A DNA stretch of 64,000 nucleotides from Mobula hypostoma (Eukaryota), in assembly GCF_963921235.1 (NCBI RefSeq), contig NC_086097.1, positions 52,578,001 through 52,642,000 of the forward strand, read 5' to 3'. Positions within the stretch are counted from its first letter, which is position 1; every line of letters begins with the position of its first letter. The notes beneath the pieces were generated by a model. The model saw only the letters and a program-made list of their open reading frames with translations. It was not told where the DNA came from and searched no databases. The translations under genes and the position numbers were made by a program. Below are positions 34,797-48,400 of the stretch, piece after piece.

Positions 34797-37700
34797 GATT
34801 TGCAGGGGGATGGGAACCAGAGTGCCAGAGCTGACAGTGTGGCTGGGGTGAAAATAAATGATGTTAGAAGTTCTAGCAAATCCGCTAATAGAAAGGTTGT
34901 GAGTGGTGGTAAAAATCTTCTGAGGTGTATATATTTCAATGCTAGGAGTATTGCGGGGAAGGCAGGTGAGTTGAGGGCGTGGATTGACACGTGGAATTAT
35001 GACGTTATAGCAACTAGTGAAACTTGGCTACAGGAGGGGCAGGACTGGCAGCTTAATAATCCAGGGTTCCGATGTTTCAGATGTGATCGAGGCAGAGGAA
35101 TGAAAGGTGGGGGAGTAGCATTGCTTGTCAGAGAAAATGTTACAGCAGTGCTCAGGCAGGACAGATTAGAGGGCTTGTCTACTGAGTCCTTACGGGTGGA
35201 GCTGAGAAACAGGAAAGGTATGGCCACATTAGTGGGATTGTATTACAGACCACCCAATAGTCAACGAGAATTGGAAGAGCAAATCTGCAGAGAGATAGCA
35301 GGCAACTGCAGGAAACATAAAGTTGTGGTGGTAGGGGATTTTAATTTTCCATATATTGATTGGGACTCCCATACTGTTAGGGGTCTAGATGGTTTAGAGT
35401 TTGTAAAATGTGTTCAGGAAAGTTTTCTAAATCAATATATAGAGACCAACTAGAGGGGATGCAATATTGGATTTCCTGTTAGGAAATGAGTTAGGACAAG
35501 AGACGGAAGTCTGTGTAGGGGAGCACTTTGGTTCCAGTGATCATAACACCATTAGTTTCAACTTGATCATGGAAAAGGATAGATCTGGTCCTCGGGTTGA
35601 GGTACTGAACTGGAAGAAGGCCAAATTTGAAGAAATGGGAAAGGATCTAAAAAGCATGAATTGGGACAGGTTGTTCTCTGGCAAAGATGAGATCGGTAGG
35701 TGGGAAGCCTTCAAAGGAGAAATTTTGAGAGTGCAGAGTTTGTATGTTCCTGTCAGGATTAAAAGCAAAGTGAATAGGAATAAGGAACCTTGGTTCTCAA
35801 GGGATATTGCAACTCTGATAAAGAAGAAGAGGGAGTTGTATGACATGTATAGGAAACAGGGAGTAAATAAGGTGCTTGAGGAGTATAAGAAGTGCAAGAA
35901 AATACTTAAGAAAGAAATCAGGAGGGCTAAAAGAAGACATGAGGTTACCTTGGCAGTCAATGTGAAGGATAATCCAAAGAGCTTTTACAGGTGTATTAAG
36001 AGCAAAAGGATTGTAAGGGATAAAATTGGTCCTCTTGAAGATCAGAGTGGTCGGCTATGTGCGGAACCAAAGGAAATGGGGGAGATCTTAAATAGGTTTT
36101 TTGCGTCTGTATTTACTAAGGAAACTGGCATGAAGTCTATGGAATTAAGGGAAACAAGTAGTGAAATCATGGAAACTGTACAGATTGAAAAGGAGGAGGT
36201 GCTTGCTGTCTTGAGGAAAATTAAAGTGGATAAATCCCCGGGACCTGACAGGGTGTTCCCTCGGACCTTGAAGGAGACTAGTGTTGAAATTGCAGGGGCC
36301 CTGGAAGAAATATTTAAAATGTCGCTGTCTACAGGTGAGGTGCCGGAGGATTGGAGAGTGGCTCATGTTGTTCCGTTGTTTAAGAAAGGATCAAAAAGTA
36401 ATCTGGGAAATTATAGGCCGGTAAGTTTAACGTCGGTAGTAGGTAAGTTATTGGAGGGAGTACTAAGAGACAGAATCTACAAGCATTTGGATAGACAGGG
36501 ACTTATTAGGGACAGTCAACATGGCTTTGTGCGTGGTAGGTCATGTTTGACCAATCTATTGGAGTTTTTTGAGGAGGTTACCAGCAAAGTGGATGAAGGG
36601 AAGGCAGTGGATATTGTTTACATGGACTTCAGTAAGGCCTTTGACAAGGTCCCGCATGGGAGGTTAGTTAGGAAAATTCAGTCGCTAGGTATACATGGAG
36701 AGGTGGTAAATTGGATTAGACATTGGCTCAATGGAAGAAGCCAAAGAGTGGTAGTAGAGAATTGCTTCTCTGAGTGGAGGCCTGTGACTAGTGGTGTGCC
36801 ACAGAGATCAGTGCTGGGTCCATTGTTATTTGTCATCTATATCAATGATCTGGATGATAATGTGGTAAATTGGATCAGCAAATTTGCTGATGATACAAAG
36901 ATTGGAGGTGTAGTAGACAGTGAGGAAGGTTTTCAAAGCCTGCAGAGGGACTTGAACCAGCTGGAAAAATGGGCTGAAAAATGGCAGATGGAGTTTAATA
37001 CAGACAAGTGTGAGGTATTGCACATTGGAAGGACAAACCAAGATAGAACATACAGGATTAATGGTAAAGCACTGAGGAGTGCAGTAGGACAGAGGGATCT
37101 GGGAATACAGATACAAAATTCCATAAAAGTGGCGTCACAGGTAGATAGGGTCGTAAAGAGAGCTTTTGGTACATTGGCCTTTATTAATCAAAGTATTGAG
37201 TATAAGAGCTGGAATGTTATGATGAGGTTGTATAAGGCATTGGTGAGGCCGAATCTGGAGTATTGTGTTCAGTTTTGGTCACCAAATTACAGGAAGGATA
37301 TAAATAAGGTTGAAAGAGTGCAGAGAAGGTTTACAAGGATGTTGCCGGGACTTCAAAAACTCAGTTACAGAGAAAGGTTGAATAGGTGAGGACTTTATTC
37401 CCTGGAGCATAGAAGAATGAGGGGAGATTTGATAGAGGTATATAAAATTATGATGGGTATAGACAGAGTGAATGCAAGCAGGCTTTTTCCACTGAGGCAA
37501 GGGGAGAAAAAAACCAGAGGACATGGGTTAAGGGTGAGGGGGAAAAAGTTTAAAGGGAACATGGGGGGGCTTCTTCACACAGAGAGTGGTGGGAGTATGG
37601 AATGAGCTGCCAGACGAGGTGGCAAATGCGGGTTCTTTTTTAACATTTAAGAATAAATTGGACAGATACATGGATGGGAGGTGTATGGAGGGATATGGTC

Positions 37701-37799
37701 CGTGTGCAGGTCAGTGGGACTAGGCAGAAAATGGTTCGGCACAGCCAAGAAGAGCCAAAAGGGCTGTTTCTGTGCTGTAGTTTTTCTATGGTTTCTATG
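34797..37799 (+). mobile_element. Young CR1 LINE, ORF2 nearly complete (APE plus RT; one frameshift at ~35450, stop at 37389)
   Basis: CIYFNARSI, SETWL, VGDFN, SDHN, YMDFSKAFDKVPH, FADD; (TTTCTATG)n tail. Confidence 0.95.
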
Positions 37800-37984
37800 A
37801 TTTCTAAGAGACCAAGTCCAAATACTACTTCCTCCTTTGCTTCAAAATCCCCTTGCATATTAATACCACTGACACTGATTTCCCAGCCTTCACATTTTTT
37901 CCCTTGGTAAATACTGACGTAAAGATTCATTAAGGACCTCAGCACATCCTCCATACCTAAGCAAATATTCCCCCCTTTATTTCT

Positions 37985-40213
37985 TTCTTTTTCAATCTTT
38001 TTATTAATTTCAAAATACAGAAACAAAACATAGCAATAATACAAATAATAGGAGATACATTGTTACACTTAAAAAAGTAATTGCAAAACCAAGTAGTGTA
38101 AATTAACAAAGCTCCCAAACATGTAGAACTAACCACGGATAATACAAAGCAAAAAAAAACTGGAAAAAAAACATGAAAAAGAAAAAAAAACAAAACAGGA
38201 AAAAACCCCATCCCCAAAGAAAAACAAAATTAATCAAGTAAACTAAAAGACTTGGGCAAAACTAACAACTTAAAAGTGGAAAAGAAGAAAACCTTAGTGT
38301 CGACGACTCCATTCCCCTCCAACAACAGTACAGAGAGATAAAACAAGTTTGGAGATGATCAAATTACATCAAATGAAAATGCTGAATGAATGGCCTCCAA
38401 GTTTTTTCAAACTTAATGGAAGGGTCATAAACTGCACTTCTAATTTTCTCCAAATTCAAACACACCATAGTTTGTGAAAACCAATGAAATACAGTAGGAG
38501 GATTAATCTCTTTCCAATTCAACAAAATGGACCTTCTAGCTATTAAAGTAAGAAATGCAATCATCCTTCGTGATGAAGAGGTTAAATTATTTAAGTCTAT
38601 CATTGGTAGTCCAAAGATAGCAGTAATTGGATGAGGTTGTAAGTCTATATTTAGGACCGTTGAAATAATATCAAAAATATCTTTCCAATATTTCTCCAAC
38701 AAGGGACGTGACCAAAACATGTGAGTTAAAGAAGCTATCTCGAAATGACATCTGTCACATATTGGATTAATATAAGAGTAATAACAAGATAGTTTATCTT
38801 TGGACATATAAGCCCTGTGCACTACTTTAAACTGTATCAACCTATGCTTAGCACATACAGAGGATGAATTCACCAACTGAAGAATTTTTTCCCATTTTTC
38901 AGTCGGTATATTAATCTCAAGTTCTCTTTCCCAGTCAGCTTTAATTTTATTAGAAGCATCAGGACATAGATTCATAATTATATTATATATAATTGCTACT
39001 ACACTTTTCTGAGAGATTTAAATCTAAGATTTTTTCCAAAGTGTCCATTGGATATGGGTGTGGAAAATTAGGGGAGACAGTAATTAAAAAGTTTCTAATC
39101 TGTAGATACCTAAAAAAGTGAGATCTGGGTAAGTTATATTTATTAGAGAGTTGATCAAAAGACATAAAACAGTTATCCAAGAATAAATCGCGAAAAAATA
39201 TTATACCTTTGGTTTTCCAATCAAAGTGAGCTTGATCCATCGTGGAAGGTTGAAAAAGAAAATTTGATATAATGGGACTTGCTAGAATAAATTGATTAAA
39301 CCCAAAAATTCTTCGGAATTGAAACCATATACGTAAAGTATGCTTAACTATTGGGTTGTTCATTTGTTTATATGATTTAAAAGAAGTAAAAGGAAGTAAA
39401 GTTCCTAAAACCGAACCCAAGGAAAACCCTTGTAATGAATTAGATTCAAGATTTACCCAATGAGGGTTTAAAGATGCGTCCAAATCTTGTAACCAAAATT
39501 TTAAATATCGAATATTAATTGCCCAATAATAGAATCTAAAATTCGGGAGGGCGAGCCCCCCCCCCTCCTTTTTAGATTTCTGTAGATACCTTTTACCTAA
39601 CCTAGGATTTTTATTCTGCCAAATATATGAGGAAATTTTTGAATCTACGTTATCAAAAAAAGATTTTGGGATAAAAATTGGAACCGATTGGAATATATAC
39701 AAAAATTTGGGCAAAATGATCATCTTAATAGCATTAATCCGACCATTCAAAGACAAAGAGATTGGGGACCATTTGGTAAATAAAAGTTTAATCTGATCAA
39801 TTAAAGGTAAAAAATTAGCTTTAAATAAATCTTTGTATTTTTTCGTAATTGTTATCCCTAAATATATAAATGAATCAGTAACCAATTTAAATGGTAAACG
39901 TCCATAAATAGGTACATGCTTATTTAAAGGGAATAATTCACTCTTACTAAGATTCAATTTGTAACCAGAGAAGTTACTAAATTGAGCTAACAGATCTAGG
40001 ATAGCAGGAATTGACTTCTCCGGGTTAGAGATGTATAACGACAAATCATCTGCATATAATGATAATTTATGTATTTCGTTTCCACGGGTAATACCAACAA
40101 TATTTGGCGAGTCACGAATAGCAATTGCTGAAGGTTCAAGAGCAATATTAAATAGTAAAGGACTAAGAGGGCAACCTTGCCTAGTACCACGAAAAAGACG
40201 AAAAAAAGATCTA
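37985..40213 (-). mobile_element. 5'-truncated L1-clade LINE (3' part of ORF2 and 3' UTR)
   Basis: RGTRQGCPLSPLLF, LYADD, GRINAIKM, CDRC..HMFW; T-rich tail complement at the left; TSD TTTATTTCT at 37976-37984 and 40252-40260. Confidence 0.9.
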
Positions 40214-41639
40214 TATTTCTGAGTGGCGCCACACCCTCCCTAGTTTATTTCTTTATTTCTGAGTGGCGCCACACCCTCCCTAGTTACCCTCTTGCTCTTG
40301 GTGTAAGTACAGAATGCCTTAGAGCTCTCTCTTTAATCCTACTTACCAAGGGCTTTTCACGGCCCCTCCTGGCTTTCCTAATTCTCTTTTTAAGTTCTTT
40401 TCTGGCTTGTTTATAATCCTCGGGCGCTCAAATTCAGCAGGTTGCTTCCTGGACAGGAGGCGTTTAATCGCAGGGGAGAAATTGGATAGTGCGGACTTGT
40501 TTTCCGCAGAGCAAAGGAAGCTCAGGAGTGGCCTGATAGAAGCATGTAAGATTGTGCATTATAAGCCATATGGCCAAAATCAAATTCAGGAGAGCATAGA
40601 CTTATGGGTTTTAAACGAGAGCTTAGAGGCTACATATTTTTACATGAAGGGTGGCTGATAACCAGATTGCATTGCCAGAGGAGAGAATGGAAACAGACAA
40701 ATTCATGATGTTTAAGAGATATTTAGATTAAAACAAGCAAGGCATAGAAGGATACAATTCTAATGTAGCAAATGGGTTTATTGTAGATGTCAGCATGGTC
40801 CTGGCGGGTAGAAAGGCCCGTGACTCGCCCTGTTTTTTAGCGTCTCCAATATTTTGTCTGTTTTGGTGGAGGCGTGGAAGTGCAACTTCACTTTTGCAAC
40901 AGGTCTGGGTTCGTTTTCATTCTGTGCATACCAGGGGAGTGTTTACGCAGTTGCTGATGAAATTGGTCCTGCTGGGTGGGTCACACTTTTTGTCATATTT
41001 TGCATTGCCAGGTTTTATGCTGATGTTGAGTGCACAACCTCGCTGGACAGCTAAACATGAATACATTTTAAAAGTTCACACAGTCAGTTCTGATCCCTTG
41101 GTATCTTGAAGGTTAACTTTGAAATATGCATGGATTTGCTTCTGATCGCCGTTTTTTTATCAATCATGAACATACAGCATTCTGAGAGTCAGCCTTAAAT
41201 TCATTTTGTTCCCCTTCCTAACGAACAACAAATAGTAACGGAGAAGTTTCACAAGTGGTTAACAAAGCATATTTCATGTTATGGTTAGCTTATAACTATT
41301 TTGAAATGTAGTAATAATTTTGTAACCAAATGATTTGAAATTGTTTACATTCGGACCGTTATTATAAATATTTTCCTACGTACCAAAGTTCAGTTATTTG
41401 GAAGTTATGGACTTTTATGCTTAAGGTAGATCCCGATAGCCTCCTTGGTGCGCGATACGTAATCTTGAGAAATCAAAAAACTGCACAGGTTGAACATCCG
41501 AAACAAAATCAAAATAAAAATGCTGGAAAGGCTCAAGGGGTCAAGACGCATCCGTGAAAAGTGCGGGGAGTATTTCAGGAAGGCTTGAAGTCTTCATTCT
41601 CTTTCTCTGTCCATAGATGCTACTGATCGGCTGAGTGTT

Positions 41640-42040
41640 TTCAAGTTCAAGTTTATTATCATTCAACCATATCGCCTCCGGACCAAGGTGCACAACGCTG
41701 TACGTATAACTCACACACAACACAAAGGTAATACTACTACAAACAACTTAACTCGTAACAGAGATCCATTTTTGTTACAACTTGAAGAGTAAACAATATA
41801 AAGCTCCTGGCACTTCATGTGTGTTGAGACCTCGGTAATAGCAAGGATTTCAGTTGTTTCGCGGCCTGGGTTGCGGACAAAGAAGCTGTTTCCCGCCCTG
41901 ACAATGCTTGCTCGAATGCTACGGCACTTTCTGCCTGATGGTAGGAGTTCAAAGTGGTTGTTAAAGAGGCAGAGATCGTTGACATCGCTAAGGGACATAC
42001 GTACGCAGCGCTCCCGACAAATAGCATTTTCATGTTAGCT
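41640..42040 (-). mobile_element. Rex1-like LINE 3' fragment
   Basis: (TTCAAG)n tail complement; minus strand FELLPSGRKCRSIRA..NSFF. Confidence 0.6.
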
Positions 42041-42399
42041 TCAAATGCGCTCCTATGCTTAGGAATACTAACGTTTCAGTGCGGACAGTAATTAAATATA
42101 GGAGATAATTTTGTAAAATGGGCGAGGCAGTGCAATTTGGGATAGTACAATGCCCGGGTCATCTATAGCTTGAAATGTAACGAATGCGGATGTGGAAATC
42201 GTCTAATTTTAAAGCATGAGATTCTTGGAACAAACAATGAACCAATCAAATGGATGAACTGATATCTCACGAATGTCCCACTGCGCAAGGTCTGGTTTAA
42301 AGGTGGGTACTCCTGCACTTCATCCGGCAGCTGGGGCAGATTACCAAAGTGAAGCAGTATACAAGTGAGTTCATTCGCTCCAGTAAGTATGAGGAATGC

Positions 42400-43600
42400 A
42401 TTCACAGGAATCAGAGCACTCTGGCTTTAGAAAGCAACGTCCCAGAGCATTCTGCTGGTGTTAATTTTGGCTACGAAACAGCATTGCAGTTTTAAACTGT
42501 CGGGGAGCGATTGTCTGTTCCCACAGCGGAGGCGCTTACGTCTGGAAGCAAAGTTGGACTCCGGAGCAGCTGTGGCTGGGCAGAGCTGCGCTCACTGCGT
42601 TTCCGAGGTACCGGTCAGCGGCTGCAGCTCGAGTCGGACTTCGGTGGCATTGGCCCCTAATTTCCTGGGCGTAAGCATCACCGGACAGCTAGGAAGTCGG
42701 TGTGAAGGATGTCGTCTTGTGGTAACTTCAGCAGCGTGCAGAAAGGTAGCAGCGTAAAGAGCAGCCTTCTACTGTTCACCGCAGGGCTGATCGGCAACAT
42801 CATCGCGCTGATGATACTCTGGAAGCACAAGAGGGAGAGCAAGGGGCAAGTGTCCGTCTTCTACATTCTCGTCACTGAGCTGGTGGTGACAGATCTACTA
42901 GGAAAGTGCCTGATTAGCCCAATAGTGTTCGTGTCCTACGCTACCAACCGTACATTGACAGCCCTGGCAGAACACAACAGCCTGTGTCTCTACTTCTCTG
43001 TCGTCATGTCCTTCTTCGGCTTGGCCTCGATGTTCTTCTTGTTTGCCATGGCAGTGGAGTGCTGGCTCTCTATAAGTCACCCTTTCTTGTATCAGAAGTA
43101 CTTCACCAAGCGCCGAGTGGTTATCGTTTTCCCCGCCGTGTACTTCTGCTGTCTGTTCATTTGTTTAATGCCCTTGCTGGGACTAGGCAGCATCAAACAG
43201 TACTGCCCGGGGACCTGGTGCTTCTTTGACATGACCAATAACAACAACAAGTCCTTGTTCTTCTCCGTGCTTTACGCGACTCTCATGGCGATCCTCATCG
43301 CCGCCGTGCTAGTGTGCAATAGTTCCGTGGCAATAACTTTAACCAAAATGTACCGAAGGCACAAGGAAATGGGCAGCAGCCGCGTGAAGCACTTCGAACG
43401 GCACCAGGAGCTGGACAACCTCGTCCTGTTGGTTCTCATGAACGTTATTTTCCTCATCTGTTCTCTGCCTCTCACGGTAAGTTGCCCCTTCCAGTCACAC
43501 TTCTCTCCCGCCCTATCCCCACCAGCCCACCGTTCCCCTTCGCCTCTCACCGCCCTCTCCTAGTTTAAAAAACGTGGATCAACCGAAAGTAATACATTTA
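42400..43600. promoter_or_regulatory. CpG-rich region over the promoter and first exon of the PTGDR-like gene
   Basis: Visibly more CpG and GC than the surrounding CpG-depleted DNA, and free of recognisable repeats; not quantified. Confidence 0.55.
42709..43476 (+). CDS. PTGDR: Prostaglandin D2 receptor (DP1)-like GPCR, coding exon 1 (TM1-TM6, 256 codons)
   Basis: DP1-type residues: C.N.SSV.KG N-terminus, SVFY, TDLLGKCL.SP (Lys in TM2), MSFFGL, ECWLS..HPF in place of ERY/ERC, QYCPGTWCF; ends ICSLPLT|GTAAGT, the conserved prostanoid-receptor intron at the end of TM6. Confidence 0.9.
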
Positions 43601-45499
43601 ATACAAGCAAGCTCGTGTTTCTTCAGTAGCAGTTCTGCCGTTTGCAGAAGATCCCTTGACTTTTCTGTGGCGGATACATTTAGTATAGCCTCATGTTAAT
43701 AGATGGAATAGGCTTAACTGCAATATTTGACCGGCCTCCAAGCTTGCAAATGTAGCAAGAAGTAGGAAGACTTGAGAATGACGCAAACTGGCGAAATGAG
43801 CTGCGTGAATTTAACCAAAGTGGTGCATTTTGGCGCGTAAAGAAAGGCAGCTTCAGCTAAATGCCGAAATGTTGAAAAGGTGCGCAGGTCACTCTTTGCA
43901 AGTGACAGGACAAGTTGAAATACGTCAAATGGGTACTCTGCTTGTTTCGTATAAGTGGAGGTTAAAACGTCTATATTAAAACATTGGTTACAGCTAAGCT
44001 GAAGTATATTGAAGTATTTGAAATACTTTGTTAAAGGTGTCAAGGAAGGTAGATATTTACTAGCAATGAAAATTAAATTATCCTAAGACCCCAGAGAAAT
44101 GAAAATTGTCCTTATTTGAACGGAATTAAATGAAGATTGAATGATGAATTTCAACAGGTTCTGAAGGGGTAAACAAGAGGAAACCCTTTCCAGTAACTAA
44201 AAAGTAAATAAGAGTAACCAACGCAGACAGATTTAAGATAAGTAGACAAAATCTAAAGCACTTAAGGCATAGTTTGATATGTTCTGGTTCGCTTTGTTTG
44301 AAAAGATTAAAAACACATTCCATTTGGACGAAGATTTAAAGGACGAAATTCGCAGTTAAATGAGTATCACCTGCCAACTTTATTAACACTAAGTGTCATA
44401 ACCTTCAGATTTTCCTTGTATATGCTTAAAATGTAAATGACTTCAAGCTAATCCATTAACCAAACATTATAAGGCAAGTGAAACCTTCTCCCATAACGGA
44501 GATTAGCACGAGTGACTAATACAATCAAAATTTATTTTCTGGGCTTCAATATTTGTACAAAATCTCCAAATGCACTTTAGCCATCACTTTGCTGGCGCCG
44601 TGTAATGAACTGATTGAAAATTTCTGTTCTTAACCTTTGAAAAATAATGCACGGTATAAACGAAAGATCTCGTTTTCCGCTCATTTGGAATTTGTCGCAA
44701 ACATTTTTTGATAGAAAGAATTTGCTTAATGCGTTAGAACCAAATATTCCAAAGTCAAACTTAGCGTTTGCACATAGGAATTAAAATTTCTAGAGACTCG
44801 ACCCTAAATGTCGACAATTCCTTTCGTCCATGGTGCTCGGACCGCTGAGTTCCTCCGGCAGTTTGTTTCCACCCCCAGAATCCTGCATCTGCAGTCACTT
44901 TTGTCTCCAAAATCTCCTAATAAAGGTGTTGGAACCATTGGAATAAAACTTGGGGTTAAAGTACTGAAGAATTGACTTGATTTCTGACTGGGGAATGATG
45001 TATCGGCAGTTTGTACCTAACTCCAAATTCAATAGCAGATTTTCTTATTCGTAGAACAGAAACGTTAACTAATTATTCCAGAATTATATATTATTTTCAT
45101 CAGTGAAAGTATAGCTGCGAAATCGACGCACTTTAATACCATCATAACTACGATTTGGAAATCAGAAACAAAAATCAACCCACACCACAATGACACATTT
45201 TGACTCGAATATCCAGACAGTTAACTCTGACATTTAAAAAATAGGCTCAAAACGCCCTGAACCAATTCAGTGAAAACAAATCTGGCACATTCCTCTCTAG
45301 CCAAGTATGAATACCTCTTGCTACATCGCAGGGTCAATCAAAGCAAGGAATCTAACCATTGTTACTGCATTGAATCTGCACACACCTTTGACGCAAGCGA
45401 CAACTGTATCGGTGTTTGGGATTGATTAGCAAGAGCAAATTAAAGGAAGGAAGGGGAAAGGGGTTAAGGAACCAGTGCAGCCACCCATATATCATCCAT

Positions 45500-48400
45500 A
45501 TATCAGTTTGGATATGATGATCTAACAGAGCAAAGTCACAGTGGTCGGGTCTCTGGCACTGAGACTGGTTCTCTGATCAGAAGGGAAGAGGCACGCTGTG
45601 GTGATAGGGGATTCGTTAGTTAGGGGAACAGGCAGGAGGTTCTGTGGGCGAGAACGAGATTCCCGGATGGCATTTTGCCTCCCGGGAGCCAGGGTCCGGG
45701 ATATCTCGGATTCTTACGGGTGAGGGTGAGCAGCCAGAAGTCATGGTCCGTGTATATACTAATGACATGGGTAGGACTAGTGACGAGGTTCTGCATAGGG
45801 AGTTCAGGGAATTAGGTGCTAAATTAAAGGGCAGGACCTCCAGGGTTGTGATCTCAGGATTGCGAGGCCTACCACGAGCTAGTTGGGCCAGAACTAGGAA
45901 GATCATACAGTTTAATACGTGGCTAAGGAATTGGTGTAGGAGAGAGGCCATAAGATTGTTGGATCATTGGACTGTCTTCCAGGGAAGGTGGGACCTGTAC
46001 AGAAGGGATGGTTTGCACCTGAACTGGAGGGGGACTAATAACCTAGCGGGAAGGTTTGTTAATGCTGCATGGTGGGGTTTAAACTAGAGTTGCAGGGGAA
46101 TGGGAGCCAGAATGCCAGAACAGATAGTGGACAGTTTGTGGAGACAGCTGTCAGTAAGACCTTAGAATTAGGAATCAAAAGGTTGAGCATGGTGTGACTA
46201 GTGCCCTGAGCTGTATATATTTCTTTCTTTTCCAATCTTTTTATTTATATCAAAATGTTAAACATAACATACAAAGCTATTGGGATTACATTGTTAATAA
46301 TTAGCATATATAAATATAAACTCGGTTAACACACAGATATTAAACCTCCCAAAATCTTACAAAATACTAATATAATATAAAAAATGCAGAAGTAGCATGA
46401 AAAAAGAAAAAAAACAAAATACCCCAAAAAGAAAATCAATCTAAACAATACTAATCAACTAAACTAAAGCAAAGAAAAAGAAGACACAGCTGCTGTGTTA
46501 CGTCAAATAGGACCATTAGTGTCATTAACTCTGCTCCTCCCACCATATAGTTGAAAGTAATAGAATAGGTTTGGAAAAGGTCAAATTACATCATATGGAA
46601 GTGTTGAACAAATGGCCTCCAAGTCTTTTCAAATTTAATGAAAGGATCATAAATGACACTTTTAATTTTTTCCAAGTTTAAACACAGCATTGTTTGAGAG
46701 AACCAATGAAATGTAGTGGGAGGATTAATCTCTTTCCAATTCAGCAAAATGGATCTTCTAGACATTAATGTAACAAATGCAATCATCCAACGAGCTGAAG
46801 AGGTTAAATGATTTGGTTCTATCATTAGTAAGCCAAAAATTGCAGTAATAGAGTGAGGTTGTAAATCAATACTCAAAACAGTTAAAATGATATCAAAGAT
46901 ATTTTTCCAGTAATTTTTCAAAAAAGGACATGACCAAAACATATGAGTTAAAGAAGCTATCTCAGAGTGACACCTATCACATACAGGATTTATATGAGAG
47001 TAATAATGAGCTAATTTATCCTTAGACATATGGGCCCTATGTACTACTTTAAACAGTATCAGCCCATGCTTAGCACATATAGAGGAAGAATTAACTAATT
47101 GAAGATTTTTTTCCCATTTTTCAATAGGTAAAGTATATATTTCAATGCAAGAAGTATCGCAGGAAAGGCAGATGATAAATTAAACATGAGGTAGCTGGTT
47201 TAAAACAATGTGTACTGAGAAGAGGTTGTCGATAGGGCAAAATTGCAGTCAACAGGTTAATGTGCAACGTAAAAGGTGGACAAAATTGAAATGGATGAAT
47301 ATAGAACTGTATTATTTTATTATTATTATTAAACTGTGTTAATTTTGAATACAGGTGCAGTATATGGAATGAGGTAGATGCACTTTTAGTACAGTTGCAG
47401 ATTGGCAGGTATGATGTTGTAGGCATCACAGAATCATGGTTGAAAGAAGACTATAGCCAGAAGCTTAATGTCCAAGGCTACACATTGTATCAAAAGAACA
47501 GGCAGGAAAGCAGAGGGGATGGCATTGCTCTGTTGGTAAAAATTGAAATCAAATTATTAGATAGTGCTAAGGAACTGCAAGGGTAAAACAACCCTGATGG
47601 GAGTTATATACAGACCCTCAAACAATAGTAAGGATGTGGCCTACAAATTACAATGGGAGATAGAAAATGCATCCCAAAAGGGCAATGTTACAATAGTCAT
47701 AAGGGCCTTCAATATGCAGGTAGTTCGGAAAAGCAGGTTGGTGCTGTATTCCAAAAGGGGGAATTTCTAGAATGCCCACAAGATGACTTTTTAGAGCAGC
47801 TTGTGGTTGAGCCCACTAGGGGATCGTCTATTCTGGATTCGATTGCAATGAGCCAGAATTGGTTAGAAAGCTTAAGGTAAAAGAACCCTTAGGGTAAGTG
47901 ATCATTATATAATCAAATTCACCCTGCAATTTGAGAAGGAGAAGTTAAAGTCAGATGTATCAACATTATAGTGGAGTAAAGGGAATTACAGAGCTATGAG
48001 AGAGGAGTTGGCCTGAATTGATCGGAAAAGAACATTGGCAGGGATAACGGCAGAGCAGCAATGGCTGGAATTCAGAAAGATCAGGATATATACATGCCAA
48101 ATTGGAGGAAGTATTCTAAAAGAAAGATGACATGAACGTGGCTAATAGGATAAGTCAAAGCCAATATTAAAGAGTGCATATAACAGTGCAAAAATTAGTG
48201 GGAAGTTAGAGGAAATGGGAAGCTTTTAAAAACCAACAGAAGGGAACTAAAAAAGTCCTTAAGAAGGTGAAGATGGAGTACAAAAGTAAGCTAGCCAATA
48301 ATATTAAAGAACATACCAAAAGTTTCTTCAGATACATAAAATGTAAAAAAGTGTAGAAATCAAACTGCTGGAAAATGATGCTGGAGAACAAAATGGCAGA

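Larger units (their letters stand above)
33930..40410 (-). mobile_element. Old CR1 LINE split by a Rex1 fragment (~34180-34480), a young CR1 and an L1
   Basis: Minus-strand pieces at 33930-34180 (QHGFVLGRSCLT..MDFSKAFDKVP), 34490-34790, 37800-37975 and 40254-40410 are collinear CR1 ORF2. Confidence 0.7.

Noticed and set aside
43477..43563. C-terminal 28 aa of the 284-aa receptor ORF (VSCPFQSH...)
   Set aside because: Read-through into the intron beyond a canonical GTAAGT donor at the conserved TM6 position; no TM7.
45644..46087. SGNH esterase-like ORFs (also 61166-61618 and ~56270-56560) as host genes
   Set aside because: The two larger ones lie directly upstream of CR1 ORF2, and an esterase domain is a known part of CR1 ORF1; the third is a degenerate relic of the same kind.
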